A DNA stretch of 63,976 bases, counting the filler, from Chrysochromulina tobinii (Eukaryota), in the NCBI GenBank assembly GCA_001275005.1. It is 6 parts of 6 records of this genome, joined end to end, with 100 filler letters (N's around TTAATTAATTAA, not from the genome) between each part and the next. Parts side by side here need not be neighbours in the genome. Positions count along the whole stretch, not along the records: positions 1 to 15,038 come from JWZX01000905.1; positions 15,139 to 32,530 come from JWZX01000909.1; 4 more parts are not named here. One strand, 5' to 3'. Shown here piece by piece: positions 11,001-21,242 of this stretch. Numbering within the stretch: position 1 is the first letter of the stretch; each line of letters starts with the position of its first letter. The notes below the pieces were generated by a model. That model saw only the letters and a list, made by a program, of their open reading frames with translations, ran no database searches and was not told the DNA's origin. Both the position numbers and the translations under genes were made by a program.

Positions 11001-14000
11001 TCAGCTCTTGATCGACTTGATCACCTCAATCATGATCGTGACCAGCAGGTTGAGCGATTCGACGATGACCTCGCCGCACAGGTTGGCGCAGAACGCGCTC
11101 GCGAATAGCATGGGCAACCCCTTGGATGCGAGGATGATCATCGGCTCGTTCAAAAAGAACCGCAAGCCACAGGAGAAAAGCCACGTCCTGATAAGCTCAA
11201 CCGTATCGCCCGGTACGTGAGTCGAGACCTCGCCCTCCTCGAGAGGCGGCAAATATGGATTCTTGGCCGGATCTTGCGGCTCGAAGAGCGAGCAGCCGAA
11301 AAAGAGGGTCATCAACAGGAAGATCCCAAACATCCCGATGGACAGGCCCCAGCCGAGGAGGATGTGCCTCACCCCAGGCCAGTCCTTGTTCCTCCATGTA
11401 TACGAGAGCGACGCCTTCAGAAGCCCATCGTTGAGGCTCTCGTAAGAGAAGCTCCTCGCTGCCGAGTTGGCGGCCAGCCTGGGCGCCTCGGCCTTGTCGG
11501 CCTCGCCCTTGTCGGCCTGGTCCTTGGGGGCGGTTTTACGCACATTGACGCCGTGTCTACCGACACGCATGTGCGCCTTCGTTTTCTTCGGCACGGGCGC
11601 TGCGGGAGCCTCGTCGGCGGCGCTCAGATCGTGAATGACCTGCGCAAACTCGCTCAGGTCCAGCTTTCCGTTGGGCTTGTCGTCGTACACGCTCATGATG
11701 CGCCCGGCCTCGGCGGTGCTTAAGTTGAGGCCGTGGTGCTCGAGCGCCTTGCGTAGCTCCTGGATTTCGAGGTACCCGCTGTCATTTGCGTCGAAGCGCG
11801 CAAAGGTCTGCTTCACCTTGGGAGCCTCGTCGGCGGCGCTCAGGTCGCGAACGGTCTGCGCAAACTCGCTCAGGTCCAGCTTGCCGTCGGGCTTGTCGTC
11901 GTACACGCTCAAGATGCGCCCGGCCTCGGCGGTGCTTAAGTTGAGGCCGTGGTGCTCGAGCGCCTTGCGTAGCTCCTGGATTTCGAGGTACCCGTTGTGA
12001 TTCACGTCGAAGCGCGCAAAGGTCTTCTTCACCTTGGCCGACACGGGAGGCGATGCGCCGGCGGCGGCCGTCGAAGCTGGATCAGCGTCTGAGTGTTCGG
12101 CGACCTTGGCGCTCCTGCGCTTGCACATGACGCGAAGCCATTTATAGCACTTCTCGAGGCGCTTCCAGACGAGCCAGTATGGCCAGCAAAGGTAGAACCA
12201 CGCCATGTTCTTGCTCACGTTGACGATGATGATCGGATCGAAGAGCCACGTGAGGATCAGACCCATCGGGATGCAGATGGAGGCTGCGACGCCGGCCCCA
12301 AAGATCATGGCGATCGGGTTGATCACGACAGCGGGTCCCTCCGGCTCGATGGGCACTCCGGTGACATTGTCCGTAGGCAGCGGCGGTGGCGGTGGCAACA
12401 AGAGCAGGAGCATGACGAGCTCGAAGGCGAAGCCATTGACTAGGATCATCACCGTCTGGGCGCGTGTGAAGCCCGGGACCCCCCTCGTCGTGATGCCTGC
12501 ACAGAGCGAATGGTTATACATGCATGCGAGGAACAGGCGCTTCCACACCCTGTCGACGTCCTTGTGCCAGCGCTTGGTGAGCAGCGTGGCGTTCGTCTTG
12601 TGCTTAGCTTGCTTCCAACGCTGCAGCCCAGTGGGCTTGGCGCCGCCGCCAAAGGCAGCAAGGACGGAGGCGGTCGCCGCCGAAGGGGCGGCCGCCGGGT
12701 CCGCGGCGGAGGCGGGCGAGGGGTCGCCGATTGCGCCGGCGCCAACTACTGGACCCACAGCCCTCGTTGGTGCAGTGGCGAGGGCAGCCATGGCGCAGGC
12801 TGGTTTCTTCGATGGCGTGGCCACAGGGTCAGAGAGGGATATGGTCTCTGTCGAACCATCTGATTGGGCCGGGGAAGTGGAAAGGAGCTCGGTTATGCGT
12901 GGCATACGCGACGAAATAAACTGGGGAGCGTGCACGGTGGCCGACCTCGACGTTTTGGTCGTCGAGGTCGTCGTCTCCCTGAGCTCTTTGGTGATGGTAG
13001 TGACGATGGTCGTCGTCGTCGTCGTCGAAACGGTCTCCTCCTCAGCAACGTGAGCAACATGTTCGGGTGGCGATGGCGGCGGCGAGGCGGTGGCTGACGC
13101 AGATTGTGGCGCCACCTTGTGCGCACTCATCTGAGACGACAGAGCTCCCATCGATCTGAGAGATTTCAGGCCAGTAGCCTTTGGCATCGTCGTCGTCGCT
13201 ACGATTGCGCCTGGTGCCGCAGTCTGCCGTCGGCGCAAGGTTCTCTTTTCCATGGACGTATTCAGCTTTGCCTGGCGCCTGCGCTGCTCTTCTCTCTTCT
13301 TACCCGAGAGGAGGGCGAGCGTGTCGCGCATCTGGCGACGGTCGTTGCGCACTCCGTGGCCGACCAGCACGATGAGCATGGCTATCAGCAAGAAAATGAG
13401 GTACCAGACGTTGCGCACTGTGTGCCACGAGCGGTAAAACGCGCACTCGATGTCACCCATGTCCAGGCTGTTGAACGCGACCGCTTCCAGCAGGAGTGCA
13501 AGCAATTCTTCGGCCGACGTCGGGAACTCGACGGCGATGAACTCGGTCAGGTGGTTGCACGAGCAGCCTACCGAGCCGTCGGCGCCCATGGTCGTGGCGC
13601 AGCCATCGGTCGACCAGCTGCGGCTGGTCTCGTTCCAGAACTTGCACTGGACGGTCGTGCCGCATGCCCTCGCCACAGCCGAGAACGGGTCGGGTACGCC
13701 CACGCACGGCGCTTGGCCGGCACCCGCGGCCGGCGACTGGTACGCGAGGCTTATGTTGATCGGCGAGGGCGCATCCTTCACGGAGAGCTCCGCGCCCCCT
13801 TGAGAGATCTTGAATGAGACGATCGGACCAGCCGACGACGTGACGTTGCCCCCGTCACGGCGCTCAGCGGCGCTGCTTCCGCCCAGCCCACCGTGCAGGT
13901 TGACCCGCGAGGTGCGGAGGATGGCCGCGACTGGCACCGACGGATCGAGCCCAGGAATGCCGCCGATAAGGTCAGCGGGCACCGCGACGGCAGCCGCGAC

Positions 14001-15038
14001 ACCCGTGCCCGAGTCGCACGAGAATGGCTCCGCGGCGAGCGCGCTGGGGGAGCGCACGTTGATGGTCATGTTGAGGTTGTCCGAGGACAGCACCACGGGC
14101 TCGGCCACGCCGCTGCTGGGAACGGTCGTCGTGGCGAGGGCGGCCGCGGTGGCGGCGCGCGCCATCTGTTCGACGGCGGCGCTGATTTGCTCGCCGGCGC
14201 TTGCCGAGGAGGGGGAGCCGTCGGAGGCAGCCATCAACCCAAAGAGCAAGGAGAGACCGCTCGTGACGGCCTGGGCGGCGACGGTGTCGAGCTCCTGCAC
14301 AGTCGCAAGTACCGCCACCAATTCGGTGGCCGCCGTCGCCGTGGCCGCTGCCAGGTCCTCGGCGGCCTCGTCACCGATATCGTCGCCGCCCAGGGGCAAG
14401 CCGCCGCCAATGCCGACGGTGAGGGAGGTGAGCACCTCCATCAGAGGCCGCAAGGGGGGTGGCGGCAAGGAGGGAGGAGGCGGGGGCGTGACTGGAGGCG
14501 GAGGCGGAGGCGGCGACGAGGGCGGCGGCGGCGGACACTGCGGACCGCCAATCGGTGCTCTGGGAGGCGTCCAGGGCGTTGGCGACGCTGGTGGCGGCGG
14601 CGATGGTGGCGGTGGCGGCGAGGGCGGGGTCGAGGGAGGCGGCGGCAATGGTGGCGAAGGCGAAGGTGGCGGCGGCGATGGAGGCGGGCTGAAGCCCGCT
14701 CGCGGCACGGGCGGCAGGGGCGGGGGGGGCGCCGTTGGTGGCGCGGGCGAGGGCGGCGGTGGAGAGGGCGATGGTGGGCACGGAGGTGGCGGGGGCCGTT
14801 GTGGCCGGTTCGCTGGTATCTTTGGTGGATAACGCGGGGGCGGCGGCGAGGGTGAGGGTGGCGGAGGTGAGGGCGGCGGGGGCGAGGGCGAGGGCGGCGG
14901 CGGCGACGGCGGCGGCGGCGGCAAGGGTAGCGGCGATGATGGAGGTGGTGGCGGCCGTTGTGGCATGTTCGCTGGTATCCTTGGCGGACACGAAGGCGGC
15001 GACGGGCTCGGAGGTGGCGGCGCCGAGGGCGGCGGCAG
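11001..15038 (-). CDS. Polycystin-1-like membrane protein: Pro-rich (SPPP) ectodomain, GAIN/GPS, several TM helices, four cytosolic EF-hands (5' end lost in the gap)
   Basis: CKFWNETSRSWSTDGC...CSCNHLTEF GPS motif; TM after GPS; HSL...FTRAQTVMIL resembles the PKD1-family TM2 region; two 72-aa EF-hand-pair repeats. Confidence 0.8.
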   Translation of the reverse strand: MPPPSAPPPPSPSPPSCPPRIPANMPQRPPPPPSSPLPLPPPPPSPPPPSPSPPPPSPPPPSPSPPPPRYPPKIPANRPQRPPPPPCPPSPSPPPPSPAPPTAPPPPLPPVPRAGFSPPPSPPPPSPSPPLPPPPSTPPSPPPPPSPPPPASPTPWTPPRAPIGGPQCPPPPPSSPPPPPPPVTPPPPPSLPPPPLRPLMEVLTSLTVGIGGGLPLGGDDIGDEAAEDLAAATATAATELVAVLATVQELDTVAAQAVTSGLSLLFGLMAASDGSPSSASAGEQISAAVEQMARAATAAALATTTVPSSGVAEPVVLSSDNLNMTINVRSPSALAAEPFSCDSGTGVAAAVAVPADLIGGIPGLDPSVPVAAILRTSRVNLHGGLGGSSAAERRDGGNVTSSAGPIVSFKISQGGAELSVKDAPSPINISLAYQSPAAGAGQAPCVGVPDPFSAVARACGTTVQCKFWNETSRSWSTDGCATTMGADGSVGCSCNHLTEFIAVEFPTSAEELLALLLEAVAFNSLDMGDIECAFYRSWHTVRNVWYLIFLLIAMLIVLVGHGVRNDRRQMRDTLALLSGKKREEQRRRQAKLNTSMEKRTLRRRQTAAPGAIVATTTMPKATGLKSLRSMGALSSQMSAHKVAPQSASATASPPPSPPEHVAHVAEEETVSTTTTTTIVTTITKELRETTTSTTKTSRSATVHAPQFISSRMPRITELLSTSPAQSDGSTETISLSDPVATPSKKPACAMAALATAPTRAVGPVVGAGAIGDPSPASAADPAAAPSAATASVLAAFGGGAKPTGLQRWKQAKHKTNATLLTKRWHKDVDRVWKRLFLACMYNHSLCAGITTRGVPGFTRAQTVMILVNGFAFELVMLLLLLPPPPPLPTDNVTGVPIEPEGPAVVINPIAMIFGAGVAASICIPMGLILTWLFDPIIIVNVSKNMAWFYLCWPYWLVWKRLEKCYKWLRVMCKRRSAKVAEHSDADPASTAAAGASPPVSAKVKKTFARFDVNHNGYLEIQELRKALEHHGLNLSTAEAGRILSVYDDKPDGKLDLSEFAQTVRDLSAADEAPKVKQTFARFDANDSGYLEIQELRKALEHHGLNLSTAEAGRIMSVYDDKPNGKLDLSEFAQVIHDLSAADEAPAAPVPKKTKAHMRVGRHGVNVRKTAPKDQADKGEADKAEAPRLAANSAARSFSYESLNDGLLKASLSYTWRNKDWPGVRHILLGWGLSIGMFGIFLLMTLFFGCSLFEPQDPAKNPYLPPLEEGEVSTHVPGDTVELIRTWLFSCGLRFFLNEPMIILASKGLPMLFASAFCANLCGEVIVESLNLLVTIMIEVIKSIKS
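11605..12036 (-). repeat. 216-bp tandem duplication encoding an EF-hand pair twice
   Basis: Units begin at 11605 and 11821 on the + strand (GGAGCCTCGTCGGCGGCGCTCAG...) and are near-identical. Confidence 0.9.
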
Positions 15039-15138
15039 NNNNNNNNNNNNNNNNNNNNNNNNNNNNNNNNNNNNNNNNNNNNTTAATTAATTAANNNNNN
15101 NNNNNNNNNNNNNNNNNNNNNNNNNNNNNNNNNNNNNN
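15039..15138. other. Artificial contig spacer (N-TTAATTAATTAA-N)
   Basis: Same 100-nt spacer with six-frame stops recurs five times. Confidence 0.97.
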
Positions 15139-15499
15139 GCCTGCGGCGGGCTAAGGGGCAACTTGAATACCCCTTCCAGAACGCGCCCCCCTGTCGGTCC
15201 TCGACAAGTGGTACCTACCCATTGGCGGCTGGGCACTCGTGACTCGTCGCGGAGACGCGGACATCGGACATCTGTATTCTGTTCGGGTTTCGGCACATCT
15301 CCTTCCACACGCCTGACGTCTGCGCGCGGCTGTGCATGGAGTGTCCCTTAGAAGGCTGTGTCGGCCATGCATCCACACAAGCGTTGTGTTGAACGGCAGC
15401 AGTTTACCACAAACGTTTGCGAGCACGGATTGAGAGGAAAGCGCGCGAGACCTATTGCAGGAGGGCGGCGATCCTTGTGGCTATAGCGCCTTGAACCTT

Positions 15500-17185
15500 A
15501 TGGCACAAGAGGCGGCGCTTATTTTCTCGTTGGCCTTCGAGGTGAGGGAGCTCTACGAACTCAAAGCTCTGAACAAGAGCAAAGTGAAATCTCTCACCGA
15601 TGCGGTGGATCAGATCTGCGAATACTTGCAAACGCACTATTCATTGATAGTGGCAGAGTGTCCCGGCCATCTGATACGTCTGGAGGTTCACGTGCGCGCG
15701 GCGTCTGATTGGTGCAAGAGCTACGTGAAGTCTTCTTCGTTTTCCAAAACCTTCAATTCAAACATCAATGGCAAGAGGTCTGACGAGCTCCGCTCTGCTA
15801 TGATGGGCTGCTTTCAAATTTTGGCCGCGGACGTGGGCCCGAGGGTTACCTCCCTATTGATTGCCTCCAATGCACGACCCGTCCCCGAGGTCCCTTTCGG
15901 CCTCCCCGTTCAAGGCGACGAACCTCCTATGGGCATCCCCGTCGCCAACGCCGAACCTCCTCTCGGCACCCCCGTCGCCAGCATCGGAAGTAGAGCGCCG
16001 AATCATCCTCCTCTCCGCATGCAGCACGAGTTTCTCGACAGCGCGCAGCATGGGGATTGGGATAAGGTGATGAGGATGGCAGAGCGCTCACCGGCGCTGA
16101 TCAATGCCCATCCGACTGGGGACCGGCCCCCGTATACGGTCAGATGGAGCGCTTTACACCACGCAGCAGAACAAGGTTGTCCACCAATGATCGAGTGGCT
16201 GCTCCAGAACGGTGCGTCGACAGCTCTGCAGAACCAAGAGGGTCAGCGGCCGATTGACGTGATCGGTCGCAACGGCACCGAAGCCAATCGCCAAGCATGC
16301 CGGACGTTGCTTTCAACGATCCGGGCGCCCGGTGTTCAAAGTTCCTTCGTCCCGAGGTTCAGCTTCGACCTCGGTGAGCTTGGGATCCATCCAGGCGTGG
16401 ACGTCCACCTGCGCTCCTGCATAACACGTGGCGCGGTTCTCTCTGCCTCTGAAGATCGTTACGAGCTGACTGGACCCACAGCCGTTGTCAACCGACTCAC
16501 CGAGATCCTTGGCCAGTCAGATGTCGGTAACATCGGCTTCCTCGCTCCCAAAGCCCAAGTCAACTTGGACCCCGCCTCGAGGCGTGAAGCGGGCGTGCCT
16601 GAAAACGCCGTCTCCTTTCGATTCGTCTACCCCCCCCGTGGAATGACCGGTACCATCTCGGAGGCTGTGGTCGACGAGATCTGCCGAGATGGCCTCCACG
16701 AGTCGTGGCTTCAATTCATCATCCTCGGTGGGTTTGCATACTATGGAGGCGATGGCTCGCTCATACAGCTCAACGCGCTCACTAAAGGCGACAGTGGCCC
16801 TTACCGGCTCTGCTTTGGCGAGCCGCGCAACGTGCCCGCGTCACTCGTGAGTCAGCTCAAACGCGACGGGCGCATGCAAGCGATCAGCCTGCCGGCGCTC
16901 CTTTGCGAAGGGGCGGCAGGCTACTCGTGGGTGAACCCTGACCCAGAAAGGTACCAGCTTGGGGGCTTCGTATACGAGGCGAATCCCTCTCTTGCCGAGC
17001 ACGGCGGGAGCGGCCCTCCATCGCTCGGCTTTGAAGTGATCCCGTCAACGGATCCTCTCCTGCCCCAGAGGACTCCTTCGGAGGCAAAGGCAGCAGAACT
17101 CGGCATTCCAGTTGAGGAAGTACGGGCGAGCCTCGTCGCGCAACAGGTACTGGAGGACCGCCAATTTGCCATCGCTCTGCGTTGA
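15500..17185 (+). CDS. Protein with N-terminal MLKL-like four-helix bundle, Pro-rich linker, ankyrin repeats and an unknown C-terminal domain
   Basis: First ATG at 15500. Ankyrin motif SALHHAAEQG...IEWLLQNGA...GQRPID. The N-terminal ~110 aa (ALNKSKVKSL...LEVHVRAASDWCKSY...FSKTFNS...DEL) fit the MLKL-NTD/HeLo-like pattern by eye. Confidence 0.65.
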   Translation: MAQEAALIFSLAFEVRELYELKALNKSKVKSLTDAVDQICEYLQTHYSLIVAECPGHLIRLEVHVRAASDWCKSYVKSSSFSKTFNSNINGKRSDELRSAMMGCFQILAADVGPRVTSLLIASNARPVPEVPFGLPVQGDEPPMGIPVANAEPPLGTPVASIGSRAPNHPPLRMQHEFLDSAQHGDWDKVMRMAERSPALINAHPTGDRPPYTVRWSALHHAAEQGCPPMIEWLLQNGASTALQNQEGQRPIDVIGRNGTEANRQACRTLLSTIRAPGVQSSFVPRFSFDLGELGIHPGVDVHLRSCITRGAVLSASEDRYELTGPTAVVNRLTEILGQSDVGNIGFLAPKAQVNLDPASRREAGVPENAVSFRFVYPPRGMTGTISEAVVDEICRDGLHESWLQFIILGGFAYYGGDGSLIQLNALTKGDSGPYRLCFGEPRNVPASLVSQLKRDGRMQAISLPALLCEGAAGYSWVNPDPERYQLGGFVYEANPSLAEHGGSGPPSLGFEVIPSTDPLLPQRTPSEAKAAELGIPVEEVRASLVAQQVLEDRQFAIALR

Positions 17186-17321
17186 AGTGATCCCGTCAAC
17201 GGATCCTCTCCTGCCCCAGCGGCCCCCCTTTGAGGCTATAGCAGCAGATGTCGGCATGCCAGTGGAGCAGGTGCGGGAGGATCTCGTCGCGGATGCTCTG
17301 CGTGTACGCGCTGGTCCGTGA
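17031..17321 (+). repeat. 151-bp tandem duplication of the gene's 3' end
   Basis: TTGAAGTGATCCCGTCAACGGATCCTCTCCTGCCCCAG at both 17031 and 17182; the second copy encodes a similar peptide in another frame. Confidence 0.9.
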
Positions 17322-17789
17322 CACGCATGCATCGGTGTCCCCTCTTCCAGACGCCTCCGCGGCACGCACGAGCCCTTGCATTGCTCTGAAGGGGGGCACC
17401 CCGGTTCTCGCAGGCGAGCCGGCCAACCGGCCCGGCCGAGCAGGCATGCTGTTACGTTCCATGTATCCATATTGGGACGGGCACATTTATCGATATGTGT
17501 ACACGTGTCCCGCTGAGTGGGGTGGCGCACCTCGGCACCCTGGGGTGGAGGACGCGGGAGTGGCGACGACGCTACCCCGCTCCCGCTCACAAACTCGTGT
17601 TGTTGTTGTCGTGACCCACCCTCGCCTCAGGGTAACGGACCCCCCTTCCCCCTGCGCCCTGGGGGCTCCGAGGCGGCGATTAGCCAAATGATTAGGGCAC
17701 TTTTAACGGCGTTTCTACGGGCGTTTCTTATAAGCCACATATATATATATAGGTTGACAGCCGACACGGGCACCACACGGGCGGTAGTT

Positions 17790-18012
17790 TGGGGGTAGTG
17801 TGTGAATCCTGAAAGAATACCTCTTTGGGTCAATCACTGAGTCAAAACGCAGGTCGCAGCAGCTTAATCCCATCAACCTCCCAGGTGGCTGGCTGGTGGG
17901 GGGTACGTGTCACGTGTGTGAATCCAGAAAGAATACCTCTTTGGGTCAATCACTGAGTTCAAAATCAGGTGGTGGGGGTAGTGTGTGAATCCAGAAAGAA
18001 TACCTCTTTGGT
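17790..18012. repeat. Three irregularly spaced direct repeats, core GTGTGTGAATCCwGAAAGAATACCTCTTTGG
   Basis: Copies at ~17798, ~17914 and ~17981 in a lower-GC intergenic region. Confidence 0.85.
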
Positions 18013-18366
18013 TCAAAGCAAGCCGCCATCGCGCCATGTCCAACGCGCCCGCAAAAAATGATACATTTACATATTATTGTCATTTATACAAGATCAAAAC
18101 TCCACAAAAGAGCACCTGTCATCATCGACCAGTGAATGTGGTCGGGTGACTGTACCGTCCGTGTTCAGGGGGCCGCGCCGCGTGAGCGCCGCGCGCGCCG
18201 TAGCAGTCCCATAGGAGACCAGTATGGCACACCTAAATCGCTCTATTCACGCAGACTAATTGAAGGGCTTGATGCATGGTGTCAGAGAAATCCATTCGCA
18301 TTCACACATTGTGGTAAGGGGGTCCAGGGGTCCCCGAGCATTGTATTAAATTGGCTGTGAATAGCG

Positions 18367-20124
18367 GTGAATGAAAACGCGGCGATCCTGGTGTGCTGGG
18401 TCACGATACTTGTAATGTCATGCCGCCCACGCCTGTTCGTGCACACGCTGCCAGAGACCTATCGCGACCCGTCCGACATGATTGGACGTGGCATGGGCAA
18501 CGCCGTGAATATCAGCCTGCCGGGCTTGCCAATAGGTGTGCGTCTTTGGGACTCACAGCAATACCAGCTAGGGCACCTCTTCTACGAGCGTGCTCTGGGT
18601 TACCGCTGCCGGACGCATCACGCGCCCGCGGCTGATCTCTTCCTGATTCCGGCCTTCAGCGCCCGCCCGTGGCTGAAGCTCAAGGGCGAACCGGGTGGAG
18701 CTGCCGGCGGAAGGGATCGCCTGCTGACGCGGATCCGTTCCGTGCGATCCGTCGACGCATGTACTGGCCAGCCTGCTGATGCGCTCGCCGCTCGCGGCGG
18801 CGCCGACCACTTCATTGTGACCTCCGGCGACGGTCTTGACTGGCAGACTAAACCTCTGGCCGAACTTGATTTACTGGACAGCGCGTTTGGCTCGGCGACG
18901 CTGATCTCTGTAGGCGAGTATCAGAGAGCTTGGAACGGGCTGTCGTGGATGGGCACCGCCAAGGCGCTCGAACGATTCCGCAGCGTGCCCTACCTGTCCA
19001 TGGTCCACATTGACGCCGAGGCCGAGGGCTTACCATGGGCCACGAACTCCGCGCGTCCGCGTGATGAGCCATTGATCGCGGCCTGCTTCCTAACCGATCA
19101 CGGCAGCACGGAGGTGATCCTGTTACGTCGCGCCCTCGTGCGCTCTTGCGAGGCTCACCCACGGCACTGCCGCTACATACCGCCCGAACCGCCCAGGTCC
19201 GGCATCGGCGACCAGTCATGGCACCAGATCGCCGCGCTCTACTGGAACAGCACCTTTTGCGTCATGCCGCCCGGCGACACGATCACGCGCAAGGCCGTCG
19301 TGGACGCTGTGTTGCTCGGATGCATCCCAGTGCTCTTCCATCCCGGCCAGGCGTGGCAATGGCCGTGGCATTGGGGCAGTTGGGTGGCCAACGCGACGGT
19401 TTCACTGGACTGGCGGCGCGTCACCGCGGGCGGCGCGGGCGGCGACGACCTCGTGCGCACCCTGCGTGCCATTCCACGCTCTCGTGTGGAACTGATGCGA
19501 CGCACAATCGCGGACCACGCGCACCAGCTGCAGTGGTCGGCGGTCGACAGCTCGACGCTTCGCGCGCCCGTCTCGGAGGGCGATGCCTTCGACGTGACGC
19601 TGCGGGCTGTGTGGGCTGCGGCTCGCGAGAGGCCGGCCTCGATCGCCGAGGGCCAGATGCGGCAGCAGCAGATGGAGCCTCCGCGGCCACTCATGGCCGG
19701 ATACTGTGGCCTGACTGCCATGGGTGAGGGCGCGCGCTGCGACGCCACCGACAGCAAGGGCAGCTGGTCTGTGAGTGGCCTGCTCGACTGCCTAGCCGAC
19801 TGCCGGCGCTGCGAGCGCTGCCACTTCGTATCTTACAGCGACGTCGATCATGACTGCTCGTGGTTCCGCTCGTGCCCGGCGGCACATCCTTCCTCGCCCG
19901 AGTCGCGTGCTCTCAAGACGGGTGCGTCCGCGCAGCCCAGCAACACCGGCCACCACACGTGGCGCGTGCGCTACTCGAATGGCTCGCTGGCCCTGAGCGG
20001 CGCCACCCTGGGGTCGTGCCAGGCCTCTCTCCAGGGCTCCGTGGCATCGTCGGTGACTGGGCGGATTCACCACAGGGGTCGAGGCGCGGTACGTACTGAC
20101 AGATTCCGGCCTGAGCATGCCTGA
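18367..20124 (+). CDS. Exostosin-family (GT47) glycosyltransferase with a C-terminal Cys-rich PAN/apple-like module
   Basis: ADLFLIPAF, GGADHFIV, STFCVMPPGDTITRKAVVDAVLLGCIPVLF; C-terminal GYCG...KGSW...CRRCERCHFVSYS...DCSWFRSC. Start uncertain (GTG 18367 or ATG 18415). Confidence 0.88.
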   Translation: MNENAAILVCWVTILVMSCRPRLFVHTLPETYRDPSDMIGRGMGNAVNISLPGLPIGVRLWDSQQYQLGHLFYERALGYRCRTHHAPAADLFLIPAFSARPWLKLKGEPGGAAGGRDRLLTRIRSVRSVDACTGQPADALAARGGADHFIVTSGDGLDWQTKPLAELDLLDSAFGSATLISVGEYQRAWNGLSWMGTAKALERFRSVPYLSMVHIDAEAEGLPWATNSARPRDEPLIAACFLTDHGSTEVILLRRALVRSCEAHPRHCRYIPPEPPRSGIGDQSWHQIAALYWNSTFCVMPPGDTITRKAVVDAVLLGCIPVLFHPGQAWQWPWHWGSWVANATVSLDWRRVTAGGAGGDDLVRTLRAIPRSRVELMRRTIADHAHQLQWSAVDSSTLRAPVSEGDAFDVTLRAVWAAARERPASIAEGQMRQQQMEPPRPLMAGYCGLTAMGEGARCDATDSKGSWSVSGLLDCLADCRRCERCHFVSYSDVDHDCSWFRSCPAAHPSSPESRALKTGASAQPSNTGHHTWRVRYSNGSLALSGATLGSCQASLQGSVASSVTGRIHHRGRGAVRTDRFRPEHA

Positions 20125-20603
20125 AGCCCGGCCTGAGGTTCGATAGGGATTGTGTAAATTGAATAATTGTGGTTGTGTTTCACAATTTGACAATATAATT
20201 TATCACAAAATTGACGGATTACATCATTAAAAGATTAAACGTGGCCCGAACGTATTACGAACGTATACCTGATTGTCCCGCGCATGTGGCATCGATCATC
20301 ATGTCTGCTCTCACTGCGTGGTTCACATATAGATTCATACATCGTACCGGTACGGGTCAGGTGGATGCTCCTGGGGCGGTGGGGCCTGGGCACCGCTGAG
20401 CCCTATCGCCTGTGTGGTTCATCGTTTATGACATTGGCATCATCCGCCATTTCGGAAATGGCCTTTCTTATCATTCACATGCGTTCACGGATTTCACACC
20501 TGAACTTCAACGGTTGCGCTTTGCTCCCGCATCCCCTTGGGTCGCTCTGGCCTGCTCTGGCTGGGTCTAGGCGGCGCGGCACGGCAGACTCAGCACAGCC
20601 CAC

Positions 20604-21242
20604 ATGTCGGTCCCTCCCGAGATTCGTGCCCCGCTCGAGTGGGTGTTCAACGCGCTGGATTCCGATGGTTCAGGCTACATCGAGCGGCAGGAGGGGCTCA
20701 TTACGGCCAAGTACCTCGGCGCGGCCGACAAGGGCGAATATTGGGACATGATGCTAAAGGAGATGGACAGCGACGGCGATGGGAAAATCAGCAAGGAAGA
20801 ATATGTTCTATGGATGTTCGAAAAGAAAGCGATGCGCAGGGAACTGGCCGAACAGCTGAAGGAAGAAATAGCCCTCAAGCTCAATCAGCACAAGGCGCTC
20901 GCGGCCGCAGCCTCGGCACCTGTTGATGATCTTGACATTGAGGAAATTCCGATGGATGGCAGCGTAGCCGTCGCCGCGCCGGCTGCGCCAGCCGGCAAGG
21001 GCCTCGCCTTACAAGCAAAGTTCAAGGCTCTTGACTTGGATGGCGATGGGTCCATAACAAAGGAGGAGCTCCAGGACTTCCACGCCATGCTCTCGGAAGA
21101 TCAGATTGCAAAGCTCTTTGCAAAGGCAGACAAGGATGGATCAAACTCGATTACTTTTGATGAGTTCTGCGCCGTAGTCGAGGCGTTCGAGGAAGCGGCG
21201 AAAGCCGAAGAGGCGGCCATGGATGGTTTGTTACCAGAGTGA
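20604..21242 (+). CDS. Four-EF-hand calcium-binding protein
   Basis: Loops DSDGSGYIERQE, DSDGDGKISKEE, DLDGDGSITKEE, DKDGSNSITFDE. Confidence 0.92.
   Translation: MSVPPEIRAPLEWVFNALDSDGSGYIERQEGLITAKYLGAADKGEYWDMMLKEMDSDGDGKISKEEYVLWMFEKKAMRRELAEQLKEEIALKLNQHKALAAAASAPVDDLDIEEIPMDGSVAVAAPAAPAGKGLALQAKFKALDLDGDGSITKEELQDFHAMLSEDQIAKLFAKADKDGSNSITFDEFCAVVEAFEEAAKAEEAAMDGLLPE

Noticed and set aside
12205..14855. Long plus-strand Gly/Arg-rich ORFs
   Set aside because: Antisense shadows of the Pro-rich minus-strand gene; high GC suppresses stop codons.
17790..18012. Mini CRISPR array
   Set aside because: Only three copies, irregular spacing, partly shared flanks, no cas genes.
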